NCBI GenBank assembly: GCA_002104945.1
Contig: MCFH01000032.1
Location: 372,001-436,000 of the forward strand
From: Piromyces finnis finn
Lineage: Eukaryota > Fungi > Neocallimastigomycota
Reading direction: 5' to 3'
Length of the DNA: 64,000 nt
In this document: positions 39,135-53,915 of the stretch, in pieces
Layout of the letters: every line of letters starts with the position of its first letter
Position numbering within the stretch: the stretch's first letter is position 1
The notes under the pieces: model-generated
What the model was told of the DNA's origin: nothing
The model's input: the letters and a program-made list of their open reading frames with translations, nothing else
The model's database searches: none
Made by a program: the position numbers and the translations under genes

Positions 39135-41059
39135 TTTAAAATAATTTTTTAACTTTTACCTGTTACATAACAGCATAATGACTTTAATGTAGTGATAAAA
39201 ACTTATATATTTATATCTATGTAAAAATTTTCATATTTATTTAAAATTCATATGTATTTATACCCTTAATCTTTTTTTTTTTTTTTTTCCCTAAAATATT
39301 CTTTATAATGAAAACAATAAAAAAAAAAACGATTTTTTCATTCTATATTTTACATTGTATTAAATACATTATAATATAATTACTAAAGATTAAGTGTAAA
39401 AAAATCTTTAGAATTACATTTCTTATTTTTACTTTATTATTAAATAAAAAAAATAATAAATAATCTATAAAAATATTTTCTTTTATAATCTTTTATTAAT
39501 GAATATTATCGTAATAAGGTACTGAATAATTCTTATTGTTAATCTTTAAAAATTTAATATGATAATATCGTTTTAATAAATAGTCATTACTTTATAATAT
39601 TAAATCAAGACATAAAGTTATGATTTAAGTCTTTAAAAATTAAATAAAAAAAAACTTTTAGTGATGAACTTTTAATAAAATAATTACTTTGATTAAATAA
39701 AAATGAATATAGTCACCATCACCACACCATCACCATCACCATCATTATCATTATCATTATGTCATAATTATATATAGTCAAAAAAAAAATGCGCTTTAAA
39801 ATGTCCTCCTTTTTTTTAGACTAATAAAAGGCCATTCATAAATCTTGAAACGAAAAAAAATGTCTACTCTTCAAAATGTTTTAAAAATATCTTTTTTAAA
39901 AAATACCATATTTTTTTAATTTAAATTTAATATAAATAAATTAATTATAATATCTTTAATTTAATTTCTAATTAAAACTCATCTTTAAACCTTATTTATT
40001 ATTAAATGTCACTATCAATTTTTTCAGATCTACAATTTATTAATCAAAAATTTAATTTCTTTTTTTTTTTAAAATAAAAATGAAATAATTATCGTTTTAA
40101 AAACGGAAGGCTAAAAAATTAAAAAAGAAAAATAATAATAATAATATCTGTTGATGTTACGCACATTTAAAGATTAGTGAATGTATCACAAATATTTTAT
40201 CTATCTATAAAAATAAAGTATGATACTAATTCTAATATTTTTTTTATAAATTCTAGTTTAAATTAATCTAAAGTATAATTTGATAATACTTTTTTTTTTC
40301 AATCCATAAATTCTTACATTATTACAATTTCTTATGATCCAAAATACCATCATTTTTTAGTATTCTCCCATTTTAACAAATTTATTAATATGATTAATGT
40401 TACACCAAAATTAATAATAAATTAAATATTATTGGATAATTTTTTAAAGTCATTATATAGTAATAGTAATCCTTAATAATATTAATAAATAGTAATAATA
40501 CAAAATTGTTATTCATTAATTTTATATCATTAATTCATGATAATACACTTTATTTTTTAATTAGTAATTTCAATTCTTAAATATGATTCGTTCATTTTTA
40601 ATTTAAAATTATATAAATTATGAATATCATAATAACTTTATTTATTAAAATTTTATTTTATGGAGATTTTCTTTTTATTTTAATAAATGGTGGTGTAGGT
40701 TGCGGTCAATTTTTTTATATAATACAATAGGATACATTATTGAATATATATAATACCATAGGATTATCCCTTTTTTTTTTTTTGTTAACACTAATTATTT
40801 TTTATATAAAATAGTAATAATAAAAATATTTATATAAAAAATTATTAACGGGAATTCCATTGAAATTTACCTCACCATATTTAATAATAATAATAATTTA
40901 TAAAATATTCACAATTGAATTTCAATAATATATTTTGTTTAAAAATTCAAAATATATAATATAAATTTGTAAAATATATAAAATAGAATTTTTTTAAAAA
41001 AAAAAAAAAAAATTCAATAAAATTTATTATCGCAATTGATAATTATTAAAAAAAAAAAA

Positions 41060-42658
41060 ATGAAATTATCATCAAAATACTTATATTCATTAGCTGCTTT
41101 ACTTAGTATGACTTCTGTTTATGCAGACAGTTATACTAAAGAAATTTTTACTGTTAATGTTACTGAAGATCGCAGCAAACTTTATACTGTAGAAGGTAGC
41201 ACTTGTGATATTGAAATGCAGTATTTCAAGGGTACTGCTGTTGGTCAATATTTCAATGGTGAAACCAAGCAAGGTAGTTCAGTAGTATTAAAGAAATTCA
41301 AGGATGGACACACTGAATCTAGAGCAAGATACATTCTTTCTGGAAAGGACTCAAAAAATAGTCAATGTAATATATTCATAGAAGATAATGGTAATTACAA
41401 AGAAGGCCAAAGTATTGTTACAAAACCAACTATTATTACCAATTGTCAAGATTTAGCTTGGCTTCAAACTGCCGATATTCAAGGTCGTGTTGAAGATCAA
41501 GGTAATGGTAAAACTGTTCAAATTATGTGGAATGAATCTAACAACAGTAAAATACCATATCCAGCAGTAAAAATGCCAGATTCAAGTAGAAATTATAATA
41601 AGGAAGTTTTCACTTTTGATATCAATGTTGGTGCATTTGATAGTGTTAATGGTAGTGATGGAGCTATGGCTAATATGATTGGTTTCACTTGTTCTTCAAA
41701 TACTAATAGCTTTAAGGCTAAGGGTGTAGATACCTTTATTGATACTAGAATGCAATTCAAGGGACAATATCAAACTTTATCTGCTCGTTACATTCTTCAA
41801 GGTAAGGATGATGAAGGTCGTGATTGTAAAGTTTACATTGAAAATAACGGTATTGATCATAATGGTATGGTTACCGAACCATTTATCATTACCGATAATC
41901 CAAAGTGGGCTTGGATCGAAACTGCTCCACTTCATGGTACTACTTCTATGAATGCTGGTTTCCAAATTCATCTTTGGTCCGTTAATGACCCATCTTTATG
42001 GGCTAATCAACCATCTAGCAACAATAACAACAACAATAACAGCAATAACAACAACAATAGCAACAATAACAACAACAATAATAACCAAGGTTTCCCAAAC
42101 TTCGGTTTCGGTAACAACAACAACAACAACAATAACAACAACAACAACAACCAAGGTTTCCCAAACTTCGGTTTCGGTAATAATAACAACAACAACAATA
42201 ATAATAACCAAGGTTTCCCAAACTTCGGTTTCGGTAACAACAACAACAACAACCAAGGTTTCCCAAACTTCGGTTTCGGTAACAACAACAACAACAACAA
42301 CCAAGGTTTCCCAAACTTCGGTTTCGGTAACAACAACAACAACAACAATAATAATAATAATCAAAATGCTTCTGGTTCTAAATGTTCCTCCAAAATCACC
42401 TCCCAAGGATACTCATGCTGTTCTTCTAACTGTAATATTGTTTACACTGATGAAAGTGGTAATTGGGGTGTTGAAAATAATAAATGGTGTGGCTGTGGTA
42501 ATAGTAGTAATGCCTCTGCTCAAAGTACTTGTTCTTCTGGAGTCAAGGCTCAAGGTTACCCATGCTGTAAATCCTGTGGTCAAGTTGTATATGTTGACGA
42601 AGATGGTAAATGGGGTGTAGAAAACAATGATTGGTGTGGAATTCCAACCAACTGTTAA
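41060..42658 (+). CDS. Secreted cellulosome-type protein: signal peptide, two tandem DUF3237-like beta-barrel domains, (N)[10 protein letters not shown] linker, two fungal dockerins
   Basis: Signal peptide [22 protein letters not shown]. Internal repeat [11 protein letters not shown]...CNIFIEDNG...KPTIITN...LAWL / [25 protein letters not shown]...[14 protein letters not shown]. Dockerins [13 protein letters not shown]...[11 protein letters not shown] and QGYPCC...[11 protein letters not shown]. Intronless. Confidence 0.85.
   Translation: MKLSSKYLYSLAALLSMTSVYADSYTKEIFTVNVTEDRSKLYTVEGSTCDIEMQYFKGTAVGQYFNGETKQGSSVVLKKFKDGHTESRARYILSGKDSKNSQCNIFIEDNGNYKEGQSIVTKPTIITNCQDLAWLQTADIQGRVEDQGNGKTVQIMWNESNNSKIPYPAVKMPDSSRNYNKEVFTFDINVGAFDSVNGSDGAMANMIGFTCSSNTNSFKAKGVDTFIDTRMQFKGQYQTLSARYILQGKDDEGRDCKVYIENNGIDHNGMVTEPFIITDNPKWAWIETAPLHGTTSMNAGFQIHLWSVNDPSLWANQPSSNNNNNNNSNNNNNSNNNNNNNNQGFPNFGFGNNNNNNNNNNNNNQGFPNFGFGNNNNNNNNNNQGFPNFGFGNNNNNNQGFPNFGFGNNNNNNNQGFPNFGFGNNNNNNNNNNNQNASGSKCSSKITSQGYSCCSSNCNIVYTDESGNWGVENNKWCGCGNSSNASAQSTCSSGVKAQGYPCCKSCGQVVYVDEDGKWGVENNDWCGIPTNC
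42019..42361 (+). repeat. Coding repeat: five near-identical AACCAAGGTTTCCCAAACTTCGGTTTCGGT units separated by (AAC/AAT)n
   Basis: Directly visible; encodes 5x [10 protein letters not shown] plus poly-Asn. Confidence 0.95.
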
Positions 42659-43297
42659 AAATAATAATAATATGATATAATTTATATATACTATTTTCAC
42701 TTTTATTCTTATAAAAATTCAAAGTAAAAGATAGAATATCAAAGTATGTAATAAAAAAAAAATTGAAAATTAAAAATTACTACTATAGGATTAAAAAACT
42801 ATTTACATATTTTATATAAATAATTTGAGTTACTTTTTATTTTTATTTATTTTTTTCTTTTAGTTTATTGTATGTTTATACGATTGTAAATAGGGAAATT
42901 AAGTTCTATAAAAAATAATAAGAAAATAAAAATCTTAAAAATATATTATATTTTATATATATAAAAAGTGAAGTTTTGTTTGATTATTTATTTTTATTTA
43001 TTCTTTTGGTATGTTTAAATTGATGCATTTGCATTTATTCAATTGAAAAGAGAAGGTCACTTTTACTCCAACAAAAAAATGGCATGATACATTTTTTAAA
43101 AAAAAAAAAAAAAAAAAAAAATGAAATAAAAAAATATTAATAATTAATAATAGCAAATATAAAATATGCTTTTATTGAAAGTAATCGTGATTCTTTTCCT
43201 ACTAAAAATAAGATAACTTATTTAAATGCCATAAATATACCTTTTCATCTGGAAATTCCTTTTCTGTTATTAAAACTGTTTTATTATCTGAAATATA

Positions 43298-44128
43298 TTA
43301 TTTAATGTATTTAGTTAATGTAGCATTATCTATGATTGAAATTGAATTTTTTTTATACATAGAAAATATAGTTTGTACAAAATCATCATTAAAATTGAAC
43401 AAACTCTTATCTGAGCTTACTACATAGTCATACCTATAATTAGGAAGTGTAAATAATTTACATGTATTTAACATTATTATTAAAAAGGGAAAAGAAGAAT
43501 TACAATTGTAGACATAATCAAAAACACAATATGGATATATATTCATATTATTATCTACTGAAAAAGAAAGTATATTAATATCATTGTAATTGTAATTTTC
43601 ATTTATTAGTTTTAATTGTTTATTCTTAAACTTTTCTTTTACACAATTTATTAATTCCTGTTGACTAGGAAAATTAATGTATTTATTACAATTAGAACAT
43701 ATCATAAATTTATTATTTATTTCTGGAATATAAAAATATTGTCTATATAAACCTTGTAATTCATAACCATAAGAAATAAATAAATTGGAAGGAAATTTTC
43801 CTTTACAATGTTCGTCTAGTTTATATGCTATATTAAAATAAACAGATTTTTCTTTTTCTTTGTACTTTCTTATCACTTTAACACATTTAGGAACTACATT
43901 TGATTCTGATACTGAATTAAATAATATCTTTTTATCATGAAATACAAAGTTATTATCAGTAGAATTTTTATTTGTTGAAAGAATAATTTTATATCTTGAA
44001 TTTTCTGGTGATCTATAAGAATTATTATTCCACTGTACATACGGTATATTATTCTTAATACATTCCTCTTTATCAGCAATTGCTGGTAATACCTTATTCT
44101 TATTATTAATATATACATTATTAATAAA
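43298..44128 (-). pseudogene. Orphan open frame of 276 codons lacking an upstream ATG (includes listed ORF 43298-43876)
   Basis: The frame stays open upstream of the listed GTG start (NVYINNKNKVLPAIADKEECIKNNIPYVQW...PKCVKVIRKYKEKE) back to a TAA at 44131-44129; contains CSNC. Confidence 0.5.
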
Positions 44129-44259
44129 TTAAAAAAAATGAATTTATTGTATATTTTTTCAAAAATTTAAATTATAATTTAATGAACACTAATATTTTTA
44201 CAGAAAAGTATTACAATTTTTTTTTATTATATATAGGACTGGGTGTGATAACAACAAAA

Positions 44260-45590
44260 ATGAAAAGTAATATTGAATTTTTTTGATAAATATAATATAG
44301 AATTAAATCAAAGTGGATTTACAATTAAATGTGTTAATGATTTAAAAACAGAAATACAAAATTAAGTAATTTAAAAAACACCCCCCCCCCTTATGATGAA
44401 AAAGAGGAAAAAGAAAGTTTAGATAAAATCCGTTATTTAAATCAAAAAAAATATGGAACTTAATCAAATATTAAGATATATGAATTCCAACTCTAATCTA
44501 CCATTATATAAATATGGATCTAACATTAAAAAAATTAAAGATGATACCAACAAATTAAACGAAGGCATTAATAAATACAGTATGGAAAGTTTTAAACTTA
44601 ATGATAAAAATGATAAAAATAATAGCAATAATGAAAAATATTATATTTTAGATATTGTACAAAATGCGGATATTAAAAATCAAGATAAATTTATAATGAA
44701 ATATAAAACTGATAATGGTAATAGTGGAAATGGAAATAATGTAAAAAAAAATATGTATCAGTTGATAATAACTTTTTTTAATCACAATTATTTTGAATCA
44801 ATTGACAGTATCAACCCTAATGATTCATTTTTAGATTATGAAAACAATTTTATTTTAACAGCTAATGCTAAATTAAATATTGATACCAACTATGCACATA
44901 TATTAACTCCGAGCGAGTATAATTTAATTAAAAATTCTAATGATAATGATATAAAAAAATATGCAAATTCATATACTGCAATTACCATTGGTGATGTTGA
45001 AGATGATAGTGATAATCTTTATATCGCAAATGGTGGAGAAAGAGGGAAAATGATATTATATGTTTTTAGTAAAGATGGAAATAATAATATTAAAATAAAG
45101 AATCTACCAGCACACTATTCGAAATCATATTATAACAATGAATAAGATTATAAGCATCGTCACCCATTACAATAATGCATGTAGTCAAGGAGGAAATTCA
45201 GCTGTAGGTGCTTCACCAAGTTCCACAAAAAAAAGAGCTATAAGTAGTGTAAGATGACAATAATAATGGTCAATTGATAATAGTAATGTCATTGTAACAG
45301 TCAATGACGGTTTAACAATCAAAATGGATGAGAACGGAAATTTCGGAAATAATATAGATGTTAAAAGTATTGATGTTAAAGCATCTTCTTATGGAGAAGC
45401 TTTAGAAATGATAACCGATAAACTTTTGAATCACCTTGATTATGCTGATAATAACGAAAAAGACAGTATATCAAGAGCCTTAGGAAAAATCTACTGTTCT
45501 TTATCCTTACGTTCTATATCAGATCCTGATACAACTGCCACTTTGAATAATTTATATACAGAAATATATAACAAATTAGTCAGGTGTTGA
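44260..45590 (+). pseudogene. Frameshifted orphan gene (fragments ~44260-44450, 44453-45145, ~45140-45255, ~45280-45590)
   Basis: Consecutive protein-like segments in shifting frames; several breaks fall at homopolymer runs, so this is either decay or sequencing indels. Confidence 0.5.
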
Positions 45591-46321
45591 ACTAATATTT
45601 GTAATTGTTATTTATTTATTTATTTATTTATACTTTTTATTAATTCTAAAACAAAATTATTTCAATTGATTCTATTGTTTCATTTATTAAATCTCTTATA
45701 TAATAATAAAAAAATTAAACAATTATTGAATACTCCAAGGAGAAATTAACATTAATACAATAATAATAATAATAATAATATAATAATAATATGTTTTATA
45801 TAATTAAATATAAAGTTCTTTTTGATACATTTCACAAATTAAATAAAACAATAACAAAATAAAAATAATAATGAACTTTTCAATAGTTATTTGTTTGTTT
45901 GTATATTCAAGGAATAAAGGATTTCTTTATATATAAACTTTTTTTTATTCAACTATTTTATAATAGCTAAAAAATAAAAATAATTATATTTTTTTTTCTT
46001 TTTTTATTCTGATATTATTATAGTATTAAGCTGATAGAATATAAAAATAGAATTTATAATTAATATTCAAATAAGAATAGCATTGTTGATAAAGAAAGAA
46101 ATAATTATAGTTCTACTTGTTTATACAGTTATTAAATATTCATTCCTACTTATATTCGAGCTATTATTAATTAATACTTATTAGGATTACCCTTAGAGCA
46201 TTTCAAGATTAATTAGAAGACCGAGTTATAATTGTATTTAAAATATAAATAGATTTTTTATTTCACAAATTCTTTATTAATTTCATTAATATTATTATTA
46301 TAAAAACAATTAGCACTTTAT

Positions 46322-47611
46322 TAAGAAATTAATTTTTATGTTGTTTGAAAAATAACAAATACGAAATAATTCAAATAAACAATTTTTAATTCTTAGTAAC
46401 ATTATACCATTATTAATATTATTACATTAATCATAAAATATTTAAAGGAAACACAAAATATTAGAAACAAAGAACTACATTTTATATTTATATTTATATT
46501 TATATATATAATTTATAATTTATTTTATATTTTTTTCTTGTTTTTTTAGAGTATGTAAACAGCTATTGATATAAATCAATTTTTATAAAATGAAATTATT
46601 AAAAATAATATCATGTTATTTACATTATTATTTAATGATAATCAATAATTATAAAGAAAAGACAAAAAAAATTAAAGTTTTAATGCATAAAAGTTTAAAG
46701 AGGATAGTATTGAAATTATTAATTATAATTAATCATAAAGCTGGGTATGAAATAACAATTATATAAAATAGCTTATTATGAAAAATCTATAAATCTATTA
46801 TAATAACTTATTATATGATTATTCATATAAAATTATTGTTATAGTATCATAGTTTATTCTTCATATAACATATTAACTATAAATGCATTTTTTCTACTAT
46901 TTTGTCTTTTGTTTTTTGTATCGGTATGAATTCGGTTATTTGAAAGACTATAATCATCAGTAATACTATTTTGATTCAATGACGATGATGATAATGATGA
47001 TGATGATAAATAATCTATTTCCTTTAATCCATATTTCTTGTTATTTTTTATAAATTTAGAAGGTTTTGAGTAAGTACTTTCAGCTTCAGTAGTAGTAGTA
47101 GTAGTATTCATTGAAGTGTCATGATTCTTCTTACTCTTTCTTTTATTGCTTTGAGTTTTATCATGACTTTTTCTTACAGCCTTCTTTTCGTAGTTATGAT
47201 GACTTGAGTATCTTAACATTTTGATTTTTTTTTTTTCTTATATTTTAATTGAAAATTAATTTAATTAATAACTTTTTTTTTTTTTAATAATAATAAAATT
47301 ATTTATTATTTATTTAAAAATGAATGAATAAATAATAAAAAGAATCAAAATATTTTTCATTGTATTTATACTTTTTTTTTTTTTTAACATGTAGATATGT
47401 AAAGAAGATACGAAAGAAAATTCCTATTCACCTGATTTTTTGTTGTGTTTTGCTATTCCACAAAAATAGTTAATAAATCAAGATTTAACTAATCCACAAA
47501 ATTCTGATTTTAATTATTTAATTTAAATTTTAATTATTTTTCTGTATAAAATTATCACTATATTAAACACGTGCTTCATTTCATCTTATGATGATCAAAC
47601 ATTATTTAATG
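46322..47611 (-). repeat. Copy 3 of the duplicated unit; left arm of a 1290-bp inverted repeat
   Basis: Reverse complement of 48148-49437 with only a handful of mismatches. Confidence 0.96.
46854..47219 (-). CDS. 121-aa orphan protein (copy 3; S36, A46 variant)
   Basis: Intact; protein identical to copy 4. Confidence 0.55.
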   Translation of the reverse strand: MLRYSSHHNYEKKAVRKSHDKTQSNKRKSKKNHDTSMNTTTTTTEAESTYSKPSKFIKNNKKYGLKEIDYLSSSSLSSSSLNQNSITDDYSLSNNRIHTDTKNKRQNSRKNAFIVNMLYEE

Positions 47612-47986
47612 GAGATATAGTAAAAACTTTTAGAGAATGAATATTATATACCTTTATTAAAGTAAATAATATATAATTTTATTTATAATTAATGCTAAAT
47701 ATATATGTAACTTAATATAGTTTATTATAAATTATAAAATTTAATGAAAAGCCGTATTCTATGATAGTATTTTTGATATATAAATTAACAACGAAGGAAT
47801 TCATTATTAAAATGAAACAATATAGCATTAATAATGTAATAGAAGTTTATCCTAATTTAATAATTTTATTAATCTCATATATGAATAAATAAATAAGTAG
47901 TATATCATAATATTATAAATATATAAAATAATTTGAAGATATTTAAAATTTTTTTTAAAAAAAAAAGAAAATAAAAATCAATTATA

Positions 47987-49437
47987 TCAGTACAGAAAGA
48001 TAGAAAAAGTTTTATCATTTTCAATTATATAATTGAAACATAATAAAATATTCTACATAAAATAGTTTATAATTACTTTTTTTTTTTTTTTTAATAAAAG
48101 CAATTCTTTTGAATATCAATTGTGTTTTTATATTTTTTAATAATTCTCATTAAATAATGTTTGATCATCATAAAATGAAATGAAGCACGTGTTTAATATA
48201 GTGATAATTTTATACAGAAAAATAATTAAAATTTAAATTAAATAATTAAAATCAGAATTTTGTGGATTAGTTAAATCTTGATTTATTAACTATTTTTGTG
48301 GAATAGCAAAACACAACAAAAAATCAGGTGAATAGGAATTTTCTTTCGTATCTTCTTTACATATCTACATGTTAAAAAAAAAAAAAAGTATAAATACAAT
48401 GAAAAATATTTTGATTCTTTTTATTATTTATTCATTCATTTTTAAATAAATAATAAATAATTTTATTATTATTAAAAAAAAAAAAAGTTATTAATTAAAT
48501 TAATTTTCAATTAAAATATAAGAAAAAAAAAAAATCAAAATGTTAAGATACTCAAGTCATCATAACTACGAAAAGAAGGCTGTAAGAAAAAGTCATGATA
48601 AAACTCAAAGCAATAAAAGAAAGAGTAAGAAGAATCATGACACTTCAATGAATACTACTACTACTACTACTGAAGCTGAAAGTACTTACTCAAAACCTTC
48701 TAAATTTATAAAAAATAACAAGAAATATGGATTAAAGGAAATAGATTATTTATCATCATCATCATTATCATCATCGTCATTGAATCAAAATAGTATTACT
48801 GATGATTATAGTCTTTCAAATAACCGAATTCATACCGATACAAAAAACAAAAGACAAAATAGTAGAAAAAATGCATTTATAGTTAATATGTTATATGAAG
48901 AATAAACTATGATACTATAACAATAATTTTATATGAATAATCATATAATAAGTTATTATAATAGATTTATAGATTTTTCATAATAAGCTATTTTATATAA
49001 TTGTTATTTCATACCCAGCTTTATGATTAATTATAATTAATAATTTCAATACTATCCTCTTTAAACTTTTATGCATTAAAACTTTAATTTTTTTTGTCTT
49101 TTCTTTATAATTATTGATTATCATTAAATAATAATGTAAATAACATGATGGTATTTTTAATAATTTCATTTTATACAAATTGATTTATATCAATAGCTGT
49201 ATACATACTCTAAAAAAACAAGAAAAAAATATAAAATAAATTATAAATTATATATATAAATATAAATATAAATATAAAATGTAGTTCTTTGTTTCTAATA
49301 TTTTGTGTTTCCTTTAAATATTTTATGATTAATGTAATAATATTAATAATGGTATAATGTTACTAAGAATTAAAAATTGTTTATTTGAATTATTTCGTAT
49401 TTGTTATTTTCCAAATAATATAAAAACTAAATTCTTA
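47987..49437 (+). repeat. Copy 4 of the duplicated unit; 48148-49437 is the right arm of the inverted repeat
   Basis: Inverted match to copy 3; 47987-48147 additionally matches copy 1 (~32600-32762). Confidence 0.96.
48540..48905 (+). CDS. 121-aa orphan protein (copy 4)
   Basis: Intact ORF, head-to-head with copy 3. Confidence 0.55.
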   Translation: MLRYSSHHNYEKKAVRKSHDKTQSNKRKSKKNHDTSMNTTTTTTEAESTYSKPSKFIKNNKKYGLKEIDYLSSSSLSSSSLNQNSITDDYSLSNNRIHTDTKNKRQNSRKNAFIVNMLYEE

Positions 49438-50179
49438 CAAGTATTGACTGTTTTCAGAGTAATATTAATGGAATTGATAATGAATTTATACTATAAAAAA
49501 AAACTATTTATATTTTGAATACTGATAATTATAATATTAACAACAACTATTATATTAATTTATTGTAATATCATTACTAATATTCTCTGAATTATATATA
49601 TTATTTAAAAAAAATACAATTTAAAAAAAAATAAATAAATTATATTATAAGTACCATGATTTATTATTTTTCAATTATAGATTTTAAAAATATAAAACCT
49701 TTTTGTATTCATATTATGCCTTTTTTTAGATATCTTCAAATCTTTAAATTGGTAATTTCACGTAATATCATTAATTAATTCCATTTTATATAAATTGATT
49801 TGTATCAATAACTTAAAAACAAAATAGTTAAAGAATTGAAAATAAATTAAATTTCTTGTTGTTGTTCCTTGTTGTACTGGTGGTGCAACTATAAATAATA
49901 TTTTTTTTTAAACAATAATATTTTTTTATTTATTAGTATAATAAATTTTGTTAGAATATATGAAACGTTATGACATATGTATTAAAATGTATTTGTATGA
50001 ATTGTATTGGATTAGATGTTTAAGCTACAATGTAAATAAACACATGTAGTTTGAATGTTTGAATAGAATGTTAAGAAGTTCTTTATTATAAAACATATTA
50101 ATAAAGTTGACATTATAAAATCTACATTAACACCTCCTAATAAATTTTTATTTTTATAATCTAAATTAATTTTAATCAG

Positions 50180-50830
50180 CTGACTATGAATATGATATAT
50201 GTTTCTTTTATGTTGTAGTAATTTAATATTAGTTTATTTATAATTTTTTATATTAAGTGAAGATATTTTTATTATTATAATTAATTCTTCTTTCTAATAA
50301 TTACACTTCTTTAATTAATAATAAAAAAAACCTCTTCTAATTAATTATTAAACATCAATATCTTTATATTATAAAATTTCTATAATTAAATAATTGAATA
50401 TCAATTATACAATATAATCTATTTATAATATATCCATAATAATTCAATAGAATATAGTATAATGTATTTTATGATATTTTAATGAAATATTACTATAGAA
50501 ATAAAGAGTAATGTAATAATACAAATTAGTATTTCAATAAAATGTATTTCTATATTGAATCATGAATATAAGAATAAATAAATATTAATATATAATATAT
50601 ATATAAGATTAATGTTTACGAATATAATGAAATATGTACATAAATTTTATAATTAATTAATATATAAATCATGTATTATTTTATTTTATTTTATTTTATT
50701 TTACTTTATTTTATTTTATTTTATTATTATTATAAAATAATATTTAATATAAGTTGTTTTAATTTGAAATTGAATATTTTAAATAAAAAAAAATATTTTA
50801 AATAGACTAAAAGGTAGCTGGACATATTAA
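50180..50830 (+). repeat. Diverged non-coding duplication, partner of ~35620-36200
   Basis: Same shared blocks as the partner; begins at aatcagctgactatgaat. Confidence 0.8.
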
Positions 50831-51126
50831 TTTCATATCAGAAACTTCCCTGCTAGAATTGAACTATAATTATTAAAAAAATATTAATTATTCGATATAA
50901 TTAAAATAATTATATGCGAAATAATTTGATAAAAATTTATATTGAAATATTTTTATATTAATAAAAAAAAAATTATGAATTTTTTTATATTAAGTTTTAT
51001 ATAATTATTAATCTATTAAATTCGCAATTTTTTTTATTTCTACTCCCTGAATGGTAATATATTTTTAAAATGAACATTTCTTTCTAGATACTGTCCTGTA
51101 AGTTTATCTTGTAATTTAGCCGTATT

Positions 51127-53915
<2,789 letters not shown>

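Noticed and set aside
42088-42330. CRISPR-like 30-bp repeats with spacers
   Set aside because: The spacers are (AAC)n runs, and the whole stretch is an in-frame protein linker.
41952-42620. Alternative-frame ORFs (poly-T, poly-V, poly-L, poly-C) over the linker
   Set aside because: They are shadows of the trinucleotide coding repeat in the dockerin gene.
46322-49437. Foldback/TIR DNA transposon
   Set aside because: No target-site duplication, the outer ends are the most diverged part, and the arms contain a unit found elsewhere as direct copies; inverted duplication fits better.
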